From: Microthyrium microscopicum
Lineage: Eukaryota
Reading direction: 5' to 3'
NCBI GenBank assembly: GCA_010405405.1
Contig: MU004235.1
Span: 2,100,506-2,164,505 of the forward strand
DNA length: 64,000 nt
Notes under the pieces: model-generated
Told to the model about the DNA's origin: nothing
Seen by the model: the letters and a program-made list of their open reading frames with translations, nothing else
Databases searched by the model: none
Position numbers and translations under genes: made by a program
Part shown: positions 23,501-33,625 of the stretch, piece after piece
How the letters are laid out: the number at the start of each line of letters is the position of its first letter
Numbering within the stretch: position 1 is the stretch's first letter

Positions 23501-24953
23501 ACAACTCCATACATCGCAGTCTGGAGCCCAATACAATGATGATGGTCAAGGAGATGCGGTCGCTGGTTCTCATTTACAGGATGAATCGACCCAACGCTCA
23601 GGAATAGAGGAATCCGATGGCCAAGAACAAGTTGATATTGACGAGTTTGGCTTCCACATCTCTGGAGTTCGACTCAAAGCACAACTAGAGAAGAGCAAAG
23701 ACACTACTCCTTCCTTCTCGTATACACTGTACGAGAACGATGATGGCCAACCAGTAAAGCTTCACTATTGCACAAGTTATCAAATGTCGGAACGTGTTTC
23801 TGAATACTTCGTTGGTGAAGAGATTCTGGGATTCGATCTTGAATGGTACCCAAACGCAAATGCCAAAATGAGCTGGAAAGAAAATGTTTCATTGATACAA
23901 ATTGCCTCGCCATCGCGTATTGCTCTATTTCACATCGCCCTACACAAGGGCACTACTCCGGAGGCCGTCATACCTGCCACCCTTCGACAAATATTGGAAT
24001 CGTCCAATGTCATCAAGACAGGCGTTGCCATTCCAAGCGACTGCACACGATTCAGCAAATGGCTCAATATTGATATTCGTGGACAGATGGAACTGAGTCA
24101 TTTCCACAATCAACTCATAAATCGCCGTGCTGCCAACAAGGCTGTATCAAAGGGCTTGATTAGCTTGGCAAACCTAGCAAAAGAGTATTTGCAAATGCCA
24201 TTACAAAAGGGCGAGGTCCGGGTATCCAATTGGCATAAGGCACTCAACTACGAGCAAAGCATATATGCTGCAAATGATGCATATGCATCTTTGTGTCTTT
24301 TCTTTGAACTGGACCAAAGGCGCAAAGCCTTGGATAATCCGCCTGCTCGGCCTGGATTAGCAGAATTGAAACTACCCATAGAACCTTATACACCAGCCAA
24401 GGCAGAAGAGAGCGAAGAAGAAAGCGACTCTGATGTATCTATAGATCTTGACGATTCCAATTGTGAGGTATCAGCAGCTGAACTTGAAAACAGCGATATG
24501 GAAAGCTCAACCTCCAGCATACCCGACTTCCTGGATGCGGATTACAGCTCCCCCTCTTCTCCGCTCGATCCCGACATTGACAATGGTCGGCACACTACAT
24601 CCGTTGATCCCTCTCCTACCCTCCTCTCAGCTTCTTCGCCAAACGAACTCGCGCGCATGGCAGCAGCAATTACCTGGCTTAACACGTATACCTCCTCTCT
24701 CCCCAATTCACGACCGTTGCGCGTTAGCCACCAGAATATGCATTCATACTTTGCATGGCACCATCAAGGTCAGACTCTAGAAAGCATTACTGCGAGTACA
24801 GCGCGGTCGGACTCGTCCATGCTCACGGCGATTGATATTCTGGAGGCGCTGCGTCTGGAAAAGTTGCCATTTGAGCACTCAAACGCAAAAGAAGTGCTGA
24901 TGGCCGTACCACGCGAGATTCGTGGGCGATATCATGTGTTGGGTATCATGTAG
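20583..24953 (+). CDS. DEDD 3'-5' exonuclease (WRN-exo/EXD2-like) with very long N-terminal region; true start probably further upstream
   Basis: 1456-aa ORF; C-terminal Exo I ILGFDLEW, SLIQIAS, Exo II PSDCTRF and Exo III YAANDA. The frame stays open back to a splice acceptor at 20467/20470. Confidence 0.85.
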   Translation: MPIIFADAISAPASSFSTDRWDPCPPLESHFGLRTKRPIAHSPPAPLSPQMQKRFIGITPSPDEATSRLLYERRLAGNQRKAEESFRKEEAKERERLRRIRTAERVRIMEMEKHKVKSSFKHQEDEKKFELDMDRLVTAETHEERRKEVLEDQRRQRHEARIRMNELLQDRKRELHAARNRMNELSNHYAPLFLEVVNKYQYPKLILLFKKLSSKFRQIDLVIKLRRLGKRTMKSKSNLKAADLELNDIKFKKKHRPIYVATLQTENLETQIRAIFSSIEKQSTERRIFLSAMRHAYLTWVDDAEILERAIEDIRNDLEGIKLDLIQARDQGYFDFKILLRTIFGSYMRMEKQIQDSLQSVIEELERRNDPHSPELMHVSKLQEEYMMKNYLQSVSEQLHAIRKAYRLRVTADYTNPSGRLLPLKTFVSNIGALFPDRYHEYWAQWTPSTLDPSVWAKAFAVVMQTEYIMVVVEAMYHLFCPQRNAFQNSKALSHGKVRLNRALLEFKLADCSSKYWATLDNWEMKYNEGFARLFDDIRSFDRCLPSKVPDYATRRTIFLLKCHSSILYTSATAAKKNLRIDTNLVGSVLNRALLLSTEDYFGFLRAVQEERKELERFATHGQDYSKLDFHRETQYALLDAERVEAYFSTPGSFEDHWTTLESRGDEPKQPYLSIMRRLHPEISKSLRRRRQTVFTPTRSIKVSLSPESDEWDYSCSTLSFRGTYSSRTPGASELITKLSLVQPSELVRPTRSSSARFESLRTAIKIASRNLTPGRPLNPVVQSLDLPESGASQGRRKIGRATVQSTRNSHAKIKDTTRGEQPVSIETSSLNNLTQLVSRMKKQFSYGAGITRGEGSHAKDTGRTNQPARSGPWTISKTPQYASPITKVQKISIRRKVTNGGNFPVHAISTTKGRSNQHVNPTSKAKLNIIRHSKRSFSTMVSEQQRLGDSRGPITNQVLGFASHKKVSRIRTQLHTSQSGAQYNDDGQGDAVAGSHLQDESTQRSGIEESDGQEQVDIDEFGFHISGVRLKAQLEKSKDTTPSFSYTLYENDDGQPVKLHYCTSYQMSERVSEYFVGEEILGFDLEWYPNANAKMSWKENVSLIQIASPSRIALFHIALHKGTTPEAVIPATLRQILESSNVIKTGVAIPSDCTRFSKWLNIDIRGQMELSHFHNQLINRRAANKAVSKGLISLANLAKEYLQMPLQKGEVRVSNWHKALNYEQSIYAANDAYASLCLFFELDQRRKALDNPPARPGLAELKLPIEPYTPAKAEESEEESDSDVSIDLDDSNCEVSAAELENSDMESSTSSIPDFLDADYSSPSSPLDPDIDNGRHTTSVDPSPTLLSASSPNELARMAAAITWLNTYTSSLPNSRPLRVSHQNMHSYFAWHHQGQTLESITASTARSDSSMLTAIDILEALRLEKLPFEHSNAKEVLMAVPREIRGRYHVLGIM

Positions 24954-25936
24954 ATATGGCGTTGGTGCACCTGATACACCAGAAAGTATGCACATGCTCA
25001 ATAATGTTTCTGCGAACTAGCCGTTTCTCGGATGATAAATGATAATATTTCTCTACTTCAAATTTCTTGGTCGACTCGAGTTCAAATGATACCCTGTGAA
25101 GTGAAATCTGTACCGATGGTATTGTGTCCTAAGAGATGTACTGGACTGACTTGACCCTATTTTGAAAATATAGTATTGACTATCCATGTCCACACTATAT
25201 TAGCGGTTGCTATAAATATTTCATGCATTGTGCGCAGCAGGAAGATCTACAAACGCCTCGTCTAGAAGTCGGTTCTTAAGACGAATCCTTCCGAAGCTTC
25301 TTATTGGGCGTCCAAAAGCCTCTTTACCCAATCTAAGTCTGCTTGTGCGCCAAGCCTAGAGTTTACTACACGAAGCAGCCAATGAATCTTAACTTCAGCC
25401 GCGTTGGCGCCGTTGGCAACTTGGCCTCTATTCTAACTTTTGGCGTCGGTCCTTCTGCCTACTGTGCCTCCATATCCTTGTTTCTAACAGCAAGTTATGG
25501 TTGGACTCTAGAAAAATGAAACGAAAGGCGCATTTCCAACAACTGCGCAGAACCTGCAATTACACGGGGAATGTTGGTGGAATTGGGGCGGAGCCTGATG
25601 CAGCCTAAAAAATGGTCGAAAGGGACGATTACAGGGTTATTTCTGCCGTTGTTGGCTTGGAAGGAACACGATGACTGGCTCTAAAGAGATCAACTCCTGG
25701 CCATCCTGCATCGTGGTTACACACTAATATCTAGGATTGGTGGTGCTAGCAGCTCGAAAGGATTGGTGCTATGACTGTGCCTCTTTCGTGGCATCGTTGA
25801 TGGCAATATATTTCGCTGATTTATCCCTCAGGAACCTTTGATTTTATCATTCACTCGTTGTCTCCTAATACCCCTACATCAATTCAATCATCACCATATC
25901 ATCAGCTTCCTCAAGTTACTTTAATAATCCACCATC

Positions 25937-26541
25937 ATGAAGTTCATCATTGGCGGACTCCGCTTCTTTCAAGTAGGTACCTCTACCTTATTATTGAGTA
26001 TATTTGCTAACCATGGTAGATTATATTCTCCGCCGTCATTCTTGGACTTTCAATAAACCTCGCCAAAGGACAGGCTGTTGGAAAAGTACCTGCAACTACT
26101 GGCTATGGCTCATTCACCGGAGCATTTGGCATCATTGCTGGTACAATCGGAGTAGCCGCTATCTTTGTCGAGCTACTTGATGGTGTTATCAGTTGGGTTA
26201 TCGACATTCTTGCTGCTCTCATCACTGTGGCCTCTGGAATCGCTTTCACTCTCGCCCTCAAGGGTACCAACTGTGGGAGTGTAGTCACGCTTTATGACAA
26301 GAGTGTATTGAACTGTGGCACAGTCGAATACCAGGGCACCACATTCTGGACATGTGGTGCACAGAACTCGAATGGCAAGGAGGAGATCAAGTCCGCTGTA
26401 GACTCCATCGAGTCTCGATGTCGTATGGCTACGGCTGATGAAGTGTTCATGTACATGACATTTGCCGTTGTGGTTGCAGCATTGGTGGTTTCTTTCATGA
26501 ACAAGAGACGCAAGGGAGCATCGACAAACTACGTTATCTAA
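25937..26541 (+). CDS. MARVEL-like four-TM membrane-associating domain protein
   Basis: Exons 25937-25972 and 26020-26541; intron GTAGGT..CTAAC..TAG. LRFFQIIFSAVILGLS start, C-terminal CRMATAD..F followed by a TM segment and basic tail. Confidence 0.82.
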
Positions 26542-27101
26542 GAGGCCAAGGACATTGATTGTAACCCATGCGATCGAGGATTAATGTACCTAAGCGGGGA
26601 GCTAATATACCCAGGCGAGAAGAGAGAGGGTTGACAAGACACTCACCGGATGTTGAAGTTATGATCTTATGTAAGGAGGAACGATTATTATGGAACCTTT
26701 GTTTGACAATAAGGCTGGGTTTATTGCCCAATGGACATACTACCGACCTCTGTGATGGAAGCAGTATACAACAGTGAATACAACTATTTGAATATACCCA
26801 AGCTCGGATGTGCCAGCCCCTGCCTTCACTGGGCTGGTTGTATCGTGCAAGGGGATGAAGCAATTGTTTTCTGAGCCTCGTCGACCTTTGCTGGTAGATT
26901 AGGTACGTAGGTTGATAGTCCATTTGAGACATCTGTTTTCTTTGTCCATATGTTCTTAGTAATACTGACGTGACGTGACACGATTGATCCCTTCCTTCTC
27001 TAGCCGAGTTTCGACTCCACCTTCTCCAACTTCATCCCCATTGACATCACACATGTCAACAAAACAAATACAGGAGAGCACAAAAACAAATCGACCCAGC
27101 A

Positions 27102-28733
27102 ATGATGCCGCGTACTATTAGACTTGCTACTGCTCAGTCACCATCGCTCTCAACCGTCACTGAAACTTTGGCTGCTCTTCGAACCACCGCTCTGACCGCC
27201 GCACGCTCCGATGTTGCACTCATCCTGTTCCCAGAGGCCTATCTGGGACATTATCCACGCCAATGCACCTTTGGATCAAGTATAGGCTCACGTACTGCCA
27301 TGGGGCGAGAACAATATCTGTCCTATTACCACGGCGCTGTCGACCTAGGCGATACACAGGCTGGTGATGTTGAAGCCTGGGCTCGCCGACAATTGCCAAC
27401 ACCTGAAGGCAGCGATGTACGCGGAGATGGCACCAGAGAAGAGTTGGAAAGGGTTGCCGCAGAGACCGGTCTTGTCATTGTATCTGGTGTGGTCGAGCGC
27501 GCTGGAAGCAGCCTGTTTTGCTCCATTGTATGTGTTGATCCAATCAAGGGTATGCTACCAAACAAGCGACGCAAAGTCATGCCTACTGGCACAGAACGAC
27601 TGGTGTGGGCGCAAGGGGACCCAGCCACTTTGAAAGCCATGCGTGTCACAGTCAAAGGAGTTGAAGTGACGATAGGCATGGCGGTTTGCTGGGAAAACTT
27701 TATGCCCTTATTACGTTATGCGCTATACAAGCAAGGTGTGGATATTTGGCTAGCACCAACAGCTGATGCGAGAGATGGATGGCAAGCTTTGATGCGAACC
27801 ATAGCTATGGAAGGAAGAGCCTGGGTTGTCAGCTCCAATCAAGTGGTTAGACAAAGTCAACTGCCTTCATGGGTCTTTCAGTCTGGCGAAACCGAAGGCA
27901 AGAGGCACCAGGAGCATGTCAAAGAAGCTTCGAGTGAGAAAGAAGATACTAGTGGAAGTCACAAAATCTGCTGGCGCAAACCTGGAAACGATAAAATCGC
28001 TGTGGTTGATATGCCACCAGAGATACCGGACCCTCATTCTATATCAGACGAAACTTCGCACCAACTTCAGCGCTCTCAATCCAGGAGAAAGTCATCGATC
28101 TTGAGAACAGAAGAAGGTCATGAAATATGTATAGGAATGGAAGAAAACGTTGCAGATTTCGAACAAGCAATCGCCGAGACCGACGATCAAGCAATAGAAG
28201 ATCAGCCAGAATCCAAGTCATTAGGCTTGAGGAAAGAGTCCTCGATTGTACCTGTTGAAGAAGGCCATGAGATCTTTTTGTCGCCAACCACTACAAGAGA
28301 TCAAGTCGAGCAACCACGCTCTCCATCGCCTTCATCACAACCTTCTAAACATTCAAAGCGCCGCAAATCATCTGTACTTCCATTCCACGACGGTCACAGC
28401 ATTTGTCTCCCTACAACATCGGATGGAAGTCAAATATTTCCTGCCCACAAAGCGAAAGTCAAGCCTGATCCCTATCTCACTAATTCAACAAGGTATGGAA
28501 CCAAAGCAACAGAGGAAGACGCTTTCGTTTGTCGTGGTGGCTCCTTGATTGTGTCTCCTATGGGCGATGTTGTGCAAGGCCCACTTTGGGAAGCTGAAGG
28601 ATTGCTTATATGGGATGCGGATATGGATGATTGTGTGCGTGGAAAATTAGATTTTGATGCTGTTGGACACTATGCGCGTGGAGATGCATTTGAACTTCGT
28701 GTTAGAGGATTAGACTTGGTACCACCGCCATAG
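27102..28733 (+). CDS. Nitrilase (carbon-nitrogen hydrolase) with large internal low-complexity insert
   Basis: Catalytic triad contexts FPEA (E), RRKVMPT (K) and VCWEN (C); C-terminal GGSLIVSPMG..GKLDFDAVGHYAR. Confidence 0.93.
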   Translation: MMPRTIRLATAQSPSLSTVTETLAALRTTALTAARSDVALILFPEAYLGHYPRQCTFGSSIGSRTAMGREQYLSYYHGAVDLGDTQAGDVEAWARRQLPTPEGSDVRGDGTREELERVAAETGLVIVSGVVERAGSSLFCSIVCVDPIKGMLPNKRRKVMPTGTERLVWAQGDPATLKAMRVTVKGVEVTIGMAVCWENFMPLLRYALYKQGVDIWLAPTADARDGWQALMRTIAMEGRAWVVSSNQVVRQSQLPSWVFQSGETEGKRHQEHVKEASSEKEDTSGSHKICWRKPGNDKIAVVDMPPEIPDPHSISDETSHQLQRSQSRRKSSILRTEEGHEICIGMEENVADFEQAIAETDDQAIEDQPESKSLGLRKESSIVPVEEGHEIFLSPTTTRDQVEQPRSPSPSSQPSKHSKRRKSSVLPFHDGHSICLPTTSDGSQIFPAHKAKVKPDPYLTNSTRYGTKATEEDAFVCRGGSLIVSPMGDVVQGPLWEAEGLLIWDADMDDCVRGKLDFDAVGHYARGDAFELRVRGLDLVPPP

Positions 28734-28879
28734 ATAATCTATAATAACGAATTACAGATAAGCGACAAGTAATCAATTAAAAATTACTAAAGGTGAATTT
28801 GTTTAGCTTCGTGTATTTATTTTAATACTAACTTTTTAGCTTTAATAGATTCTATTAATCTTTTTAAACTTAAAGAAAA

Positions 28880-29962
28880 TATTTTAAAAAATATTTAATA
28901 AAGCTATTTATATTAATAATAATTCTATTTTTAATTAATTTAATAATTTTACTTAAGTTTTTAGTAAAGCTAGTTATACTACGTTACTATCTTAAATAAA
29001 AATAATAAAAATAATAGTTTAAGTACTAAAAAATAATAAAGTAGTTAATAAAGCTATATAAATTAATAATAATTTTATTTTTTATAAATTTAATAACTTT
29101 ACTTAAGTTTTTAGTAAAGCTAATTATACTACATTATTATCTTAAATAAAAGTAATAAAAGTAATAGTTTTAGTACTATAAAGTAATAAAGTAGAATATA
29201 AAGCTATTTATATTAATAAAAAAATTATTTTTAATAGATTTAATAATTTTATTTGAGTTTGTACTAAAGCTAATTATATTACGTTATTATCTTAAATAAA
29301 AGTAATAAAATTAATAGTTTTAGTACTAAAAAGTAATAAAGTAGTTTATAAAGCTATTTATATTTATAAAAAATTTATTCTTAATAAATTTAATAATTTT
29401 ACTTAAGTTTTTACTAAAGCTAATTATAATATATTATTATTTTAAATAAAAGTAATAAAATTAATAGTTCTAGTACTAAAAAGTAATAAAGTAGAATATA
29501 AAGCTATCTATATTAATAAAAAATCTACTTTTAATAAACTTAATAAACTTACTTAAGTTTCTAGTAAAGCTAATTATATTACGCTACTATCTTAAATAAA
29601 AGTAATAAAATTAATAGTTTTAGTACTAAAAAGTAATAAAGTAGAATGTAAAGCTATTTATATTAATAAAAAATTTACTTTTAATAAACTTAATAATTTT
29701 ATTTAAGTTTTTAGTAAAGCTAATTATATTACTTTACTATCTTAAATAAAAGTAATAAAATTAATAGTTTTAGTACTAAAAAGTAATAAAGTAGAATGTA
29801 AAGCTATTTATATTAATAAAAAATTTACTTTTAATAAACTTAATAATTTTACTTAAGTTTTTAGTAAAGCTAATTATATTACTTTACTATTTTAAATAAA
29901 AGTAATAAAATTAATAGTTTTGGTACTTAAAAGTAATAAAGTAGTTAATAAAGCTATTTATA
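28880..29962. repeat. 150-bp AT-rich tandem satellite, left block (~7 units)
   Basis: AAGCTAT recurs at 28901, 29051, 29201, 29351, 29501, 29651, 29801 and 29951, with the whole unit conserved. Confidence 0.92.
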
Positions 29963-32900
29963 GATAAAAAAGAAAAAAGCATTATCGCACTAAAAGATTA
30001 ATTTCTTAGAATTATTCTATAAAACCATTATTATTAGATTCATTTTATTAAGACTATTATAATAGTATAACTTTTAACTAGACGTAAGCAATAGCTGGTA
30101 CTATAGAGATAGATAAAGATTTATAGTAAATAACTATTATTACTATAAAGACTATCTATATTAAAAATAAGATAATATAGAAATAAAAAGATAACCTAAA
30201 ACTACTACTTATAAAAGTATAAAGAAAAATTAAAGTACTATTAAGAGGACTTATATTTAAAGAAGGGAATCTAATATAATTATTTCTTAATTAGCTAATA
30301 GCTAATTTTATATAACACTACGCGTCCTTTATTATAATATAAAACTACGTTAAATAATTAGTATTTTACCTAGCTCTAACTATAAATAAGACCTCTTTAT
30401 TAATATACCTTAAGGCGCGTCTTAACTAAAAACTTAATATAATTATAAAGTAAATTACTAAGATTAAAATAACCTTTAACTCCTAAGTAAAGGTTATAAA
30501 AGGACTTAACTTACTAATTTTTAATTAAAGGGCTCCCTTTATAAGCCTAATAGTCTAAATTAATATTATAAAAGTAGTTAAAAATATATTAAAGGAAGAT
30601 AAGTAGGATAGAGTAAAGCTATTTAAAAAGATTAAAAAAACTATCCTATAGGTAATAACTATTAAGCTACTACCTAGTAAAAATATTAATATTATAGTTA
30701 ATATATAATTAGATAAGGACTATATCTAAAATAGGCTATATTAAGTAAGCTTAAATAAAATCTAGGTTCTATAATAAGACTATTTAATAAAGATCCTAGA
30801 GGCTCTACTTAAACTAGACGTAGCTTATAGTAAGAATATAGATAATAATAAACTAATTAAAGAACTAATTAATAAAAATAAGATAAGATTTAAATACTTA
30901 AAAATAAAAGTAGTTTAGTAGCTCTATAAGAGCGTAAAGCATAAATAAGTAAAAAAAAAACTAGAAAAGTATAAAAAGATATATATTAAAAGATTATTCG
31001 TACTATACTACTTAATAATAATAATAAGAGATAAGATTATTTAAAAGAAGTTTATTATTAAGGCAAAGGAGCTCTTTACTAGATTATATAACCTAAAATA
31101 TACTACTAAATAGTACTTCTATTACTAAGTCTAAGACTATATATAAATAGCTTATATCTAATATAAACTAAACTATAGCAAATATATAAGTAATTATAAT
31201 ACTAAAGACTATACTAAGATAAGCCTAGTTTAATACTCTAACTATAAAAATAATAAGAAAGAAAGAAGAAAAGAGAAAAAGTAAAGCTAAAAATACTATA
31301 TATAATAAAAAAATATATATAAAGTATACTAAACTTACTTTAAGAGTATAAAAGGATTCTAGGTAGTAAATAAAAAATATATAGAATAGATAAAAGTTAT
31401 AATACTTATCTAAATTATACTAATCTAACTTATAGATAATAATAAATATACTATAATAAATAGTATAAAAAAAAGAAAAATAAGAACTAAAAACCCTAGA
31501 AAACTATTAGTATTATAAAAAGTAAAGAATAAAGTATATAATAACCTAGTCTAGGGTACTTAAAGATTAATTATAAGTATATTTAACTTTAATAAAGGTA
31601 ATAATAGCTTATAAACTATAAGAGATAACGCCCTAAAAGACTAATAAGAAAATAACTATAAAAGAGTAGAATAGGCTATAAATAACCCTAGGCTAATCTT
31701 TAATAATAAAATAAACAAAATTTAAATAATAGACTTAGATAAATAATATTAATATTATATAATATAACTATAAGAGGTTAAATAAGAGGAAAGTAAAGCT
31801 ATTCTTTAATATACTAAATAATACTAAGTAACTAATTATAGTAATTTAAGACTCTAAAAGAATTATAAAGCTAAGAGGAATATACTACTTTCTTAGCTAC
31901 GTATTAGTATATAACTAGAATAATTAATTAAGAATATACTTTATAATAAGTAAGATACTTAATATAGGAAACTAGTAAGTAAAATATTATAACTAATTTA
32001 TCTTAATACTATACCTTTAGTATAGGTATATAATACTAATAATTATTAATATATATAGTAAAAGCCTAGTAGCAAGTAACTATAACTATATTACTAAATA
32101 CCTAATACTAATAAAGATAATTAATAAGGTAGAAGAAGAGATTCTATTAATAAAAAACTTTAACTACTACTATTATTAATAAAGAGGTATAATATTAGCT
32201 ACTAAACCCTAAGTAAATACCTTACTCTATAATACAATTAGGTAGAGGCTTTATCTATATATATTAAAAAAAGAACTAACCTATAAGTTACGTAAGGAAA
32301 GAGAAGTAAAAGTAGTAAAAATAGTAATTAACCTTACGTTTCTATCTTAGTTCCTTTAAGAAAGATTAGAGTTCTATAGCCTAATTAATACCTAGGTACT
32401 AATAGAAGATTATATCCTAATACTAATCTAGCTAACCCTAAAATAAAAGAAGTATATACTAAAAGTATAGTATAATATATAAAAACTAAATATAGAATAA
32501 TTTATTAAATATATAAATAATAGCTTATAAGATACTAAAAATATACTAATAAAGGCCCTATATAGAGTAATAATAGAAGTACTAGAGATTTACTATCTAA
32601 AAATAAAACTTTTAAAGTAAGCTTTATATAAGTAGTTACTTATAATTACTTTATTAATATAAAGGAAGTACTACGTAAGACGAAGATATCTCTAAATAAA
32701 GATTAACTAAAATAAATACATATATAAGTTAGTTATAGCCTAACTAAGAAAATCTCTACGCTAAGATAAAATAATATCTTAGTAGACCTTTATAGAAGAG
32801 ATTATAAAGAATTATAAACGCTATAAAAACTATAGCCTATAGAAAATAAGTAAATAAATAAGAGCTAAAGTTAGTAGACTAAAGAAAGACTTATACTTAC

Positions 32901-33396
32901 TAATACTTAGATAGACTACTAGTAATAACTATACCTATAATAACTAAGATAAAGTAGATATACTATTTATAAAGTTCTTTCCTTAAATAGGAGTAATAGA
33001 CCTTAGTAATATAAAGGACGCTATTCTATTTTTAGAACTAAAGATAAACTATAAAATAATAGCAAAAAAGATAGATTACGTAATTAGTAGCCTCCTAAAT
33101 TATAAGGCGATAAGACTTATTAATATACTAAACAAGGTCTTAAAGGCTCTTAGGCTTAAGGCGTAACTAAAAAAAAAGGATAATAATCTAAAACTAATAG
33201 AATTTAGTAAAAGACTAGCACTTATAATTAGCAAAATACTAATAAGTAGTATAATCTTAGAATATTTAAAGTAATTCTATACGCTAATACTAAAAAAGCT
33301 AGACAAGAAAGACTACTTATTACTAGTAGCCTACTAGCTAATTACCCTTAAGAATATAATAATAAAGTTAATTAAAAAGATTATTACTAATAGACT

Positions 33397-33558
33397 TGTT
33401 GGGGGTTGAACCCCCTGAAGCTATGCCCGTTCGGGCTACCCCTGTTGTATATAAACACCTCGATCGAAGAGTCTCTCGACTCTTCTTTCTCTCTAAGTTA
33501 CCTTCCTGTTTAGCAGGCTCACAATATAACTTGTCTCTTCGTTATCTAACCCATAACA
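33397..33558 (+). repeat. 5' LTR of the young Gypsy
   Basis: Identical to 40822-40983; TATATAAA at 33448-33455. Confidence 0.97.
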
Positions 33559-33625
33559 TTAGGTAACTTCAAAACCAACCCCTCTTTTTACCTACTCCCT
33601 CTCCGTCCGTTAATGAACAGCCAGA

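Noticed and set aside
28880..29962. CRISPR-like array
   Set aside because: Eukaryotic DNA; units are contiguous 150-bp tandem copies with no unique spacers and no cas genes.
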